Assembly: GCF_023055435.1 (NCBI RefSeq)
Contig: NW_025963813.1
Span: 3,844,001-3,908,000, forward strand
From: Haliotis rufescens
Taxonomy: Eukaryota
Direction: 5' to 3'
DNA: 64,000 bases
Shown one piece after another: positions 52,771 to 64,000 of the stretch. Positions within the stretch are counted from its first letter, which is position 1; each line of letters starts with the position of its first letter. The translations under genes and the position numbers were made by a program. Under the pieces are notes generated by a model. It saw nothing but the letters and a program-made list of their open reading frames with translations. It made no database searches and was not told the origin of the DNA.

Positions 52771-53319
52771 ACAGGAAACACCGGCCAACACTGCAAATAT
52801 AGAGTACTGGAGACAGGCTGTCAATGCTGAGGGACGAATACTCTTGCCAGTGCAGATCAGTTCAGTCATCGCATGTGATACAATGAACTCCAATCAGATC
52901 AATTTGAAGAAGAGAGTATCGATTACCTCCCTTTAGAGGATTTTATTACGATGCATCACAGCTAGGTCAGCCCACAACCTCGTTTGAACAAGGACCATAT
53001 TGTAATTTTACAGAACAAACATAAAGTAATATTAATATAGAGTAACGGGGTGAAAGGCGGTATTATTCCCTACTAATATGAAATAACGTCATGTTTACAG
53101 CTACGGTAGAAAGAGGCTGATTGTGTCTGGTGACCCTACAGCGGTGATCTCCCTTGTCTCTCTCCATCATTGTCAAGATATTGTCACCATACATGGTGTA
53201 TTTAATTTGTAACTATACAATGCTGAAATGTGAACGGGGAATAAATCAGGATTTATTTCTTAAACGTTGATTAAAATTTCTTTTATGGCTCATCCCAATG
53301 TGTCATTTTCATGATCTGC

Positions 53320-53426
53320 GGTGACACCAAAAATGATTTCCCACATTTCTTCCTTGTGTGGAATCGAACCCGGAACTTCGGCGTGATGAGCGAACGCCTT
53401 GCCCACTATGCCACAGCTTCCTCCCA
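53320..53426 (-). mobile_element. Degenerate SINE family A
   Basis: ggaatcgaacccggaacttcggcgtgatgagcgaacgcctt. Confidence 0.65.
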
Positions 53427-54070
53427 ATCCTCATGAGTCATGGCCTTGGCAGATGTCAAAGTCGAGGGGGGGGGGGGGGGGGGGGGGTTGTCGAAAAAGA
53501 GACTTTTGGTTCATAAACAACCACATATACAAGAAGGGAAAATCGTGCGCTGGGTTCAGGAGCTTTCGAGTTTTATCTTGATATTGAACAAATAGCCTCA
53601 CAAACTCCTTGTTTAAAATAAAAACTCCTTGTAAAGGGGATATCGTTTGAACTGGGAAGGTGAAGGAGTGGGTGTTTTTTCTTCCCAACGCCTTCACAGA
53701 CAGATTCCACGGATTGTGAGAAAATATGATATACTTCCGAAACATGCATTTGACATAGTTGGCATGAAACTTGTGTACTGGTGTATAGCAGTGAAGTATT
53801 GGGAATTGAAGACATGGAAAAGATAGAAATAGTATGAAGCTATTTTTTAAGTTGATTCCAAATGTTGGCGAATCCTTGTTGTAGTCTGTGGAGATTGTGG
53901 TAGACATTCGTTATATATTAACTATCATACAAACTATTAAGTACTGGTTGAAATTAATAACAAGGCCTGCTAACAGATACTGATATCAAACATATCAAAA
54001 GTTACCACAGATATTAAACCCAACTCACTCACTCACTCATTTATATCCTGGGCCTAGGAAATAGGTGCGC

Positions 54071-54072
<2 letters not shown>

Positions 54073-54110
<38 letters not shown>
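54073..54110. repeat. (AC)n microsatellite
   Basis: Direct reading. Confidence 0.9.
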
Positions 54111-54113
<3 letters not shown>

Positions 54114-54699
54114 TCAATGTCAATCTGAAGAGCGTATAACATTATATTGGGGACAAGGTACATGTACTTCATCTTCAAAGACAGATCATTCAATACAAAG
54201 AACAGTCTGATGCATAATAATATTTTTCAAGAATTTCCTTGAACATTTTATTTTTTCGATAAATGCTCATCAAAATCAGCAGCATGGTCAGTCAAACGTT
54301 TATTTGGCTGAATAAAAGTGGAGACAATTGCAAAAAACATATAAGGTGAAAATATACTTGATACACATGCGGGTAGTTATAAATATGAAGTAACGGGGAT
54401 AAGCTGACACGCCATGATATAACTGGAATACAGTTCCAAGCGACGTCAAACCCACTGTGGTAGTGTTAACATACAACTCAAAGTTTGCTGAGGACCAAGT
54501 CTTGATGGTATCAAAAATTACCCAACACACGAGGGTGAAATATCCAGGAACACAATGATTAGGTAACCCAAGTTGGACCTGAATTTCATGATGAACGGAC
54601 AGAGGCATGCAGTCATGGGCAAGATGTGCACGAGGTGCCTGAAAACCAGTGTGTCGTGACAGAATCGTTGCATCAGAGAGCACATTTGCAACTAAGGAT

Positions 54700-55520
54700 T
54701 GCAACAACTGAATGCACTTATACCTCCTCAGCGTCAAAGACGTCGTTTGACGACCGAAGAATTAGTTAGATGTACTGGCAATCTTGACACTGGAGCAACA
54801 CAAACAACATCACGTTGCACATGTTTTTGGTGTCAGTCAATGTGTGATCAGCAGGGCATGGAATCGATACCAGACGTTTGGGTCACCTACCCAGCTACGC
54901 ATAACAGGCAGGCAAGTTCGGGTTGGGCTGACGGGACACGGGACACACCAGGACTGGGCTGTAGTACTTTTCACCGATGAATCGACCTTCTGTTTAAACT
55001 TCACAGATCGTCTTGCCCGAACGTGGCGCAGACAAGGAGAATGATTTCAGGATTCCAACGTGGCCGAACATGGCCGCAATGGAGAGGACTCAATCACAAT
55101 TTAGGGTGGGGTCACATGAGATGGAAGAACCGATCTCCATACCCAACAGCGGGACACGATGAAAGGTGTGTGCAACAGGGGTGGCATTCTGGATGTGTAG
55201 GCGAGGCCGTATGCTCCTGCAATCGGACCAGACTTCATCCTTATGGACGATGACGCACGGCCTCCTCGTGCCAGGACTGTTGATGCCTACTTGGAGCAGG
55301 AGACCCTTGTTCACAAGGAGTGGCCAGCCCTGTCACCGGCCTTAGCTCTATCGAACACACGTGGAACGAGCTGCAGATCGTTTTCTCACGACGCCCGGTA
55401 CTTCCGGCAACTCCACAGGAACAAGGCAATGCTCTTACTGAAGAGTGGAACAATCTTCCCTTGGCAACAACCCAGACACTTATTGGGAGCAAGAGACGAC
55501 TTCGCGCTACTGAGAGGTTT
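54700..55520 (+). mobile_element. Decayed Tc1-like transposase remnant (ends not defined)
   Basis: HVAHVFGVSQCVISRAWNRY, WAVVLFTDES, MDDDARPPRAR, EWPALSP, IEHTWNEL across frameshifts. Confidence 0.85.
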
Positions 55521-55885
55521 GGCTTTTTTTTAAAAATGAATTGTGATTTTTTACCTTTTAGTTTTGGTCAGATACTCTCATTTTGACGGGGGATCTGACT
55601 GATCATTGGTCACATGTTGTTTGTTGGCAATGTGTGGCACATCTCAACAGACGTTTGTTCATAAAACACGCAATATTGTATTTGGGTATTTCAACAGATG
55701 CACACTATTTGACGTATTACTACTAACAGTGGTGATCCTTAGCAAACTTTGAGGAGTATATGACCGCTGACCTGTTAAACTGGCTTTAAATATTAAATTA
55801 GGACTTAGTACTTGCTTACTTACTTCTGAAATGAATAGCAACTTGTTGCTGGCCACTGTGTAAACTAAAACCACTCACTAACCAT

Positions 55886-58012
55886 TCACATTATTTTCAT
55901 TCTAACGTTCATACAGTCTCTGAACGATAGCAGAACCCCCGAGACATAACTCTTAGATCGGGACAGACGTGAAGTGTAAAGACTTCTGCCCCTGGTCGGA
56001 TCTTTCATGGACAGCAGCTTCTTCGTACCCTTCATCGTTATCATTACTTCCTCGACAAGTGTGTACTCTTTAAACAGCTGGGTCTTTTCAACCAGAACAC
56101 GTCTTCGAAACCTTGGTGCGTCCGATATGAGCTGTCCGTTTATAGCAATAACTCGATTTCCTGGTGATTTCGCGACAATTTTAGACATTCTGGACCAATT
56201 AGGTGAACTGTACCTTTCGACAAACACTTTGTAGTCAGCTTGACATGACCGCTTGGATATTATAATTTTTATTTCGAAAGCGATGATGACCCGCTTGTCC
56301 GGTATGCCGAGGTTGAGGGTAGCTTTACAATACCTGTCTGACCTTGGCCTCAGTGATGTCGGGTATATATATCCCTGTTCGTCGACCAGGCACCCAGTGA
56401 GAGATTGAAACCTGTGTTCTGGAACGAGTAGGTGATTGGAGTGGAGAGGAGGGCAGTGAAAGGGAGGGGAGGGGAGGGGAGGGGAGGCTGATGGAGTCGT
56501 TCTCGACCTGGGTACCATCGACATGTACCTGGGGTAAATTTTAGTCATCGCCACGAAATCACGAAATATCGCGTTAATCAACAAAGATGGCTGCAAACTT
56601 GCTCATACTTATAGAGTGAAAGAAGTTATTCTGCCAAGAAGCAATTTTACTTACATTAATGACAAACATTGCAAGTTGCGCTTCTCAAGAAATATCCATT
56701 TTGCTGGCGATAAACATAATCATGGTACCTAGGTCGAGAACGACCCCATCAGCGTAAAATGAAATTGCCTTTGTGTAACTTATGTTTTGGGTATTTGGGG
56801 ATAATCTTGGTCCTGGTGTGTTACGTTTGAAATCGGCTTTTGAACAAGACTGACATTCTGCAGTTGTTGGTAGGTCAAAGATGCATTGTTATGCAGTTTT
56901 TAAATTAACCGTTTCTGTAGAATATTATGTAGCAGGTGTAAATTTAGATACGTTTTGATCGGCAATCGCTCGATTCCGCTGTACATAGGGAAACAGGTAG
57001 ATGCAATAATACTCCAAGGAATGAGGTTTTGTAAGATATAACAGGGGCCTTTTAAAACCCTTGAGCTATTACTTTGAAAGTGACATGGAAGGAATTGTTT
57101 TATCCAAATTTCCATAGAACCTTTTAACCTTTAACAATAAGAATCTATATTTTTCTTTCGTCAACTTCCGATTTCAGGGACAAAATGATGGATTATTTTG
57201 GGTGAGTAGGGTTGGTTGGTTGGTTTGTTGTTTAACGCCGCACTCAGCAATATTCCAGCTATATGACGGCGGTCTGTAAATAATCGAGTCTGGACCAAAC
57301 AATCCAGCGATTGATATCATGAGCATCGATCCTCGCAATGAAGGATCGATGACATGCATCAACCAAGTCAGCGAGCCTGACCACCCGATCCCGTTAGTCG
57401 CCTCTTACGACAAGCATAGTTGCGTTTTACTGCAAGCATGGATTGCTGAAGACCTATTCTACCCCGGGTCTTCACGGGTAGGGTGAGTAAGGTGATACAT
57501 AACGTCGCATCAGCCTTATTGCAGCCATATAGCGACGAGAACAAGTTTTCATATCTGCAAGCATGTCGTATGAATGCATCAGAGTTTTATTTAAAAGCAG
57601 ATTGTCAAACACATTTTAGCATAACAATAGTAGTTACAACGGCCTATACGCCATCAGCATTTTTACAATGAATTTTGATTTGCAAGAAAACCTAGAAGTA
57701 ATGTCAACGGTATCGTTACCTCTGAACACACAAACTGGATTCCCTGCGCGTGATTTGAGGCAAACGTCTCCGCGTGAACAAGTCCGGGCCGAGCATACAG
57801 TCTGGGAATAAAACGTAAACAGCGAGTGAGTGAATGTTGTTTTATGCCATCAGCATTGTTTCAGCGTTCTTATATCTTATCCTGCAGATATCTGGGCCAG
57901 GCAAACCAGTGTTTATAGCATGAGCATTGGAAAAGAAATGGGCATTTATATCCTTGACATCGATGAAAGACTAAGGGAGCATCCCATCCATTTGTGTTAT
58001 GGTGGTGGTGGT

Positions 58013-58063
<51 letters not shown>

Positions 58064-59113
58064 CGGGGGGGGGGGGGGGATATGTAACAACTAGCAATCT
58101 ATACATTTTTACTCTTAACACACAATTAGTGACGTTTGGGTAATTCCTGCTATTTTAATAATTTGATTTCAAGAAAACAGTTATTAAATACAAAAATTGA
58201 AAATTTAACAAGCTTTTCATGGTTTTCACCAATGCCAACAAACTATTCTTTTGGGGCATATGTCTGGTTAAATTATTCATTTACAAAAACATTTTCCACT
58301 CACCCCATAGAAATCAAATGGATGCTCCCTAAAAATAGGAAGTGCAGGCAAATTAACGTCCTAACGCCTATCATCGGGTCTATGAAAGGTCTGATACCCT
58401 CACCATCCAGGGGTAGGAATGGTGGTTGTGTCTGACAAAACATCTATGTTCTTAAGATCCAAGCAACCTCTAGTCAAGGGGGTTCTATGGAGTTCATGCT
58501 TGTGAAGGTTGTATAAGGCTCTGTGACTTTGCTGATTGGCAGCGTACCCTAATGCAGTGTGCGGAAAAGTGCCTGCCCGGTTGCCCGTGGCTACTTTTTT
58601 TTTTCAGGCTGGTGAAAATAAATCAGTGCAGCCCATATCAAGTGGAAAATGTTCACTTGAAAAATAAGATCAATTTCTAAAAAACAATTTGTTATTCATC
58701 TATCACAGCACATTAGTTCTGAAAGTGTCAAAAACCTATTTTATATCCTCTCAGATTGAAGTTTCTAACGTTGTTAAAGCTAATATTTATTCACCTACTC
58801 TTATCAGATTGCCCTTGATTTCTTCCTTATTGCCTTCAAAACGGTTTCTAGTATTATGTATGGCACCTACCTCTCGAATCTGGAAATGCCGGTTAGGTAG
58901 GACTAGTGTTTGAGACCGGCGCTTAATACGTGGTTGTCTGTTGAACAGTATCGTACACTGCAGGCTCTTGGCGGAGAACCGTATTCCCATGCACCTGGCT
59001 GTTTTCAGGCACAATTCTTCACACATGAGCTTTCCAGTGACCCCGATACCGTTTGATGTAGATATGAAACGTGCGCACACTATCCACGATAAAACGTAAA
59101 GTGGTCGGGACAT
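55886..59113 (-). CDS. Predicted ~283-aa basic, probably secreted protein: PAN/apple-like Cys motif plus uncharacterised C-terminal domain (exons 59113-58795, 56418-55886)
   Basis: MSRPLYVLSWIVCARFISTSNG leader; CEELCLKTARCMGIRFSAKSLQC matches PAN-type C-x3-C-x5-C..F..C spacing. The phase-1 donor G|GTGAAT fits the phase-1 acceptor GTTCCAG|. Exon 2 and its acceptor are conserved in the paralog at 63351-63883. Confidence 0.65.
56487..56753. mobile_element. MITE-like element with 32-bp terminal inverted repeats
   Basis: gctgatggagtcgttctcgacctgggtaccat (56487-56518) versus the reverse complement of 56722-56753, 30/32 identical. Confidence 0.75.
57213..57480 (-). mobile_element. SINE-like family C, full length, 13-bp TSD
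   Basis: TSD gggtgagta(g/a)ggt at 57200-57212 and 57481-57493; (AACC)n tail. Confidence 0.88.
58001..58079. repeat. (GGT)n-(GT)n-polyG compound microsatellite
   Basis: Direct reading. Confidence 0.9.
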
Positions 59114-59381
59114 TTTTGGCTGCCCGAAAGTTCCTTTGTTGGTCACTCTTACAGATGTACCGCTGTACACCCTGGGATGCTTAAGACTGAAGGAAAGAGG
59201 AATTAGTTCGGGTGCTCTGGGACTATCCTGTTACCGTAAATTAATCAATGTCAGACAATCTTGAGCACAAAGGAATGTTTTTTTGGTTTATGGTTTGCGG
59301 CGGTCCACATGGGGGAAGCTAGCGGTGTTGTGTTGATCGTTGTTAGCATCCATGGTAAAGTGATGTCCGTTGCCGGCGTTA

Positions 59382-60943
59382 TGGTGATGGTCGTGGCAGG
59401 AAGCTTGAAGTGGTCGAGGCAGGAAGCTTGAAGTGGTCGTGGCAGGAAGTGGGGTGATGGTCGTGGCAGGAAGCTTGAAGTGGTCGTGGCAGGAAGTAGG
59501 GTGTGGTCGTGACAGGAAGTGGGGTGATGATCGTGGCAGGAAGTAGGGTGATGGTCGTGGCAGGAAGTAGCGGGTGGTCGTGGCAGGAAGTAGGGTGATG
59601 GTCGTGGCAGGAAGTAGGGTGATGGTCGTGGCAGGAAGTGGGGTTGTGGTTGTGGCAGGAAGTGGGGTGTGGTCGTGGCAGGAAGTAGGGTGTGGTCGTG
59701 GCAGGAGGTGGTGTGGTGGTCGTGGCAGGAAGTAGGGTGTGGTCGTGGCAGGAAGTGGGGTTTGGTCGTGGCAGGAAGTAGGGTGTGGTCGTGGAAGGAA
59801 GTGGGTGATGATCGTGGCAGGAAGTAGGGTGATGGTCGTGGCAGGAAGTGGGGTGTGGTCGTGGCAGGAAGTAGGGTGTGGTCGTGGCAGGAGGTGGTGT
59901 GGTGGTCGTGGCAGGAAGTGGGGTGGTGGTCGTGGCAGGAAGTGGGGTGGTGGTTGTGGCAGGAAGTGGGGTGTGGTCGTGGCAGGAAGTAGGATGTGGT
60001 CGTGGCAGGAAGTAGTGTGTGGTCGTGGCAGGAAGTAGGGTGATGGTCGTGGCAGGAAGTGGGGTGGTGGTCGTGGCAGGAAGCTTGATGTGGTCGAGGC
60101 AGGAAGTGGGTCGGTGGTCGTGGCAGGAAGTAGGGTGTGGTCGTGGCAGGAAGTGGGGTGATGGTCGTGGCAGGAAGTGGGGTGGTGGTCGAGGCAGGAA
60201 GTGGGGTGGTGGTCGTGGCAGGAAGTAGGATGTGGTCGTGGCAGGAAGTAGTGTGTGGTCGTGGCAGGAAGTAGGGTGATGGTCGTGGCAGGAAGTGGGG
60301 TGGTGGTCGTGGCAGGAAGTGGGGTGTGGTCGTGACAGGAAGTGGGGTGGTGGTCGTGGCAGGAAGCTTGATGTGGTCGAGGCAGGAAGTGGGGTGATGG
60401 TCGTGGCAGGAAGTGGGGTGGTGGTCGTGGCAGGAAGTAGGATGTGGTCGTGGCAGGAAGTAGTGTGTGGTCGTGGCAGGAAGTAGGGTGATGGTCGTGG
60501 CAGGAAGTGGGGTGGTGGTCGTGGCAGGAAGTGGGGTGTGGTCGTGGCAGGAAGTGGGGTGATGGTCGTGGCAGGAAGTAGGGTGTGGTCGTGGCAGGAA
60601 GTGGGATGGTGGTCGTGGCATGACGTAGGGTGTGGCCGTGGCAGGAAGTGGGGTGATGGTCGTGGCAGGAAGTGGGGTGTGGTCGTGGCAGGAAGTGGGG
60701 TGGTGGTCGTGGCAGGAAGTGGGGTGATGGTCGTGGCAGGAAGTAGGGTGTGGTCGTGGAAGGAAGTGGGGTGGTGGTCGTGGCAGGAAGTGGGGTGGTG
60801 GTCGAGGCAGGAAGTGGGGTGGTGGTCGAGGCAGGAAGTGGGGTGGTGGTCGTGGCAGGAAGCTTGATGTGGTCGAGGCAGGAAGTAGTGTGTGGTCGTG
60901 GCACGAAGTGGGGTGGTGGTCGTGGCAGGAAGTGGGGTGGTGG
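59382..60943. repeat. G-rich 23-24-bp minisatellite (ggtcgtggcaggaagtRgggtg(a/g)t)n, ~65 copies
   Basis: Direct reading; mixed 23/24-bp units shift the reading frame continually. Confidence 0.95.
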
Positions 60944-61516
60944 TTTTTGACAGCGGCAGCGAGATGTCACGTGCGATATAGGGATGATAATCGTGGCCAG
61001 TGGTAGGATGATGGCTGTTCCCGGGATTCGTGAACACACGAAATTGCAAGCATAAATTGAAATGATGAATAGTGGTAATTAAGTGAAACAAAAAGAAGTC
61101 AAATCTGCATCATCGGTATTTAAGATACCCTTAAAAACTTCTTGCAGTGATTCGTTGAATTATCCCAGGATAGGCGAATGCCCCGCTTATAGTCTTCTGT
61201 ATCATGCAGGAACACGGTTATTCGCAATGAAGATTAACGAGAAGTGTCTGACCAGCAGCTAATTAATTCATAGTAAATCTTTTGAGAACTTACTGAGAAA
61301 TTATTTCTACGGATATTTATCTATTCTTTTCGCTTTTCACACTGCTGAAAATGTAAGAGTTGGGTGTCAATTATAACTGATTTATCGATGGTGGCTTTGT
61401 GACGCTACATTCATACTTTAGTTGCTGCATCAATTATAAGGCGCCATTTGTATTGTTGGAAAGAAACTCGTCAGTGGGTAATGGAGATTTACGTTGTAGG
61501 AAGGTCAGTCCTGCGT

Positions 61517-61750
61517 GGGCGCGGATGGCTCAGTCGTCTTAAGTGCCGCAATTCGCTGTGCAGAGATCCCTTGTCCACATCAGAAACCTCTGTGGGTACG
61601 AATGCCTGTTCGCCCTGATTGTTTCTTGGTTTATCAGCACGATACCCGTGCTTGTGGGTTTCACAAAAATGGTTAACGTCTGAAACCTGCATCACTTCGG
61701 GCTTTCCTCCCACACGCCGTGATATAACTGGAACACTCAAGCACTCATTA
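61517..61750 (+). mobile_element. Degenerate SINE family B
   Basis: Homologous to 37098-37382 (attcgctgtgcagag, acctgcatcacttcgggctttcc, gatataactggaa). Confidence 0.8.
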
Positions 61751-62452
61751 CTCGAGCTCAGTAAAACCCGTTAAACACTAAATCTGGTTTGGCTCATTCT
61801 GGATTATCGTGTTACCATTATTTTATCCTTCTGATTTGTTAATTAGGTTCAGCCTTGTGGTCACTTTGAACTGCAAATGACAGGAGAAGGTCCTCTTCAC
61901 TGCAGATATATTGGGGAGGTGGGGGGAGGGAGGAGGGAGGAGGGACTACTTCCTGATGTAATAAAGTTGGAATAAAGGATATGATGCCTTATGTTCTCAT
62001 TCACTTCCGGTAGATTGTGCAATAATATAGAATCGAGTATCTATATCCTTATCTGACATGAAATTTGGCAATTAACTGTATATGTACATGTATGTTTACA
62101 GGGCCAAACGTCTGACACCTAAAAAGCGCATGACGGTGGTGTGATGACATGCATCAACCAAACACCACCCTATTCCGTGTGTCCCCTAATAACAATAACA
62201 GTATTTTGCCAGTATTGCGCCGCATGTAATGACTGATACTGAAAGAAACAATATTTATGTATATTGAATATGGCGTATCGGTTATCTCCATTAGAAGTTT
62301 TTAAGTACGATGCATCATAGTTCAACACCTCGTATGAACAAGGACCAGTACTGAATGCAAAGTTAGGGATCGTAAATAGGCTTGGGGATGTATATTTATA
62401 GTGAAAAGAGAGCGCACAAGTTAATAAAAAATATTCCCAAATATAATCGGGA

Positions 62453-62590
62453 NNNNNNNNNNNNNNNNNNNNNNNNNNNNNNNNNNNNNNNNNNNNNNNN
62501 NNNNNNNNNNNNNNNNNNNNNNNNNNNNNNNNNNNNNNNNNNNNNNNNNNNNNNNNNNNNNNNNNNNNNNNNNNNNNNNNNNNNNNNNNN
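62453..62590. other. Assembly gap (138 N)
   Basis: Run of N. Confidence 1.
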
Positions 62591-62728
62591 AAAAAAATAT
62601 TATGCTTCAGACTGCTAAAATGTTGTCTTTTCCTGTAGGGAAAAACGTAAATCTGAAGCATTGCAGAACCAGATTATCTTTACTCCCCACATGACTACAA
62701 TTGGTTAAGCCCATTCCTTGTGTCCCCT

Positions 62729-63069
62729 CGTGGTCTTGTGGTAGAGCGTCCGCCCGGAGAGCGGAAGGTCCAGGGTTCGATCCCGGGCCGCGTCATACAA
62801 AAAGACGTTAAAAGATTGTACTTGTTGTTACCCTGTCTGGCGCTCGGCATTAAGGGGCTAAAACAAGGACTGGTCGGCTCGGAGTCAGTATACTGTGTCT
62901 GAGTGGGGTATTCATGTTAAACTGCGGCATGGTATCTCAGTGAGCTAGCACTATAAATCGGCATCAGTCCGGACTAGTACAAGCAGCCACACACACACAT
63001 ACACGTGCATGCACGTCGCTATATAAGTGCAATAATCTTGGACGCGACGTTAAACCCAATTTCACCTCA
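62729..63069 (+). mobile_element. tRNA-derived SINE family D, 13-bp TSD; central region resembles the MetaSINE core (from memory)
   Basis: A box TGGTCTTGTGG, B box GGTTCGATCCC; TSD ccttgtgtcccct at 62716-62728 and 63070-63082; tail gacgttaaacccaatttcacctcac. Confidence 0.85.
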
Positions 63070-63350
63070 CCTTGTGTCCCCTGCCGAAATATTGCTGGTA
63101 AATTACGTAAAGCGGCGTACAATCACAAACAAAGCCGCCGCTCTGTTCACACGGGGCAGGGCATCCGCAAGCAGGATGGACCTATTCTGATGTGGTAGGA
63201 AGACCGAGGGCCTATTCTATCCACGGTCTTGTGTTAATAGGAGAACTTGCCTTGACTTAGATATAAACTGAGGACGTAGTCTCAGTCACTTATGAACTGA
63301 AATAGCCACTTGTCGCTGAACACTGTAAACTCAATCCACTCACTAACCAT

Positions 63351-63883
63351 TCACATCATCTTCATCCTAACGTTCATACAGTCTCTGAACGATAGCAGAA
63401 CCCCCGAGACATAACTCTTAGATCGGGACAGACGTGAAGTGTAAAGACTTATGCCCCTGGTCGGATCTTTCATGGACAGCAGCTTCTTCGTACCCTTCAT
63501 CGTTATTATTACTTCCTCGACAAGTGTGTACTCTTTAAACAGCTGGGTCTTGTCAACCAGAACACGTGTTGTGATCTTTCTTTGATGAAATGGTCCGTGT
63601 GATATGAGCTCACCGTTCTCAACATTAACTCGATGTCCAGGGTATTTCTTGGCAATACCAGATAATCTGGACACAGCACGTGAGTTGGTCTTCTCGACAA
63701 ACACTTTGTATCCAGCTGGACATATTTATATTTTTATTTCGGTTGTGATGTTGACATGCTTGTCCGGTATGCCGAAATTAAGGATAGCGCTACAATAACT
63801 GCCTGACATGGACCTCCGTGATGCCGGATACATATATCCCTGTTCGTCGACCACGCACCCAGGGTGAGAATCGAACCTTTGTT
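63351..63883 (-). pseudogene. Paralog of exon 56418-55886 with in-frame premature stop (63728-63726) and 12-bp deletion; upstream exon lies outside the window
   Basis: Same GTTCCAG phase-1 acceptor; GCVVDEQGYMYP..EIKI*ICPAGYKVFVE versus GCLVDEQGYIYP..EIKIIISKRSCQADYKVFVE. Confidence 0.75.
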
Positions 63884-64000
63884 CTGGAACGAGTGAGTGA
63901 GTGAGTGAGTGGGTTGGTGATTACGACGCGAGTGTTCGTCAGATTACATTTATCTTACACCGACTTGTAAGATAAATAGTAACTGATAGGCACGAGTGCA

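Noticed and set aside
59251-61091. 456-583-aa Pro/His/Thr-rich ORFs on the minus strand
   Set aside because: All three frames are open because the C-rich strand lacks stops, and the same peptide motifs swap between frames with 23/24-bp units; non-coding minisatellite
62170-62661. ORFs spanning the N run
   Set aside because: Artefacts of the assembly gap

Overview
Eukaryotic genomic DNA, most likely molluscan. The SINE families with (TCAC)n/(AACC)n tails resemble abalone-type repeats, but this is inference from memory. Bases 1-35.8 kb are a head-to-tail tandem array with a ~2488-bp unit. Each unit carries one two-exon minus-strand gene (TATA/Inr, 37-bp signal-peptide exon, 212-bp GT-AG intron, AATAAA). 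The product is a ~150-aa secreted precursor whose 127-aa mature chain contains only Gly (101), His (15) and Lys (11). It is arranged as a GGGGK block followed by a GGGGH block and ends in HHG. There are 14 intact copies, one truncated copy and a 3'UTR remnant. The ORF track misses the real gene because it is spliced. The remaining 28 kb is repeat-rich: several SINE families, three decayed Tc1/mariner copies, a MITE, a foldback-like element and several minisatellites. By reading splice sites I reconstruct three more spliced genes for secreted proteins. These are a 92-aa CxxC-x12-CxxxC peptide, a coiled-coil + 2xFN3 protein, and a PAN-like + basic-domain protein, the last with a neighbouring pseudogenised paralog that shows a gene-conversion-like tract. 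One assembly gap lies at 62453-62590.
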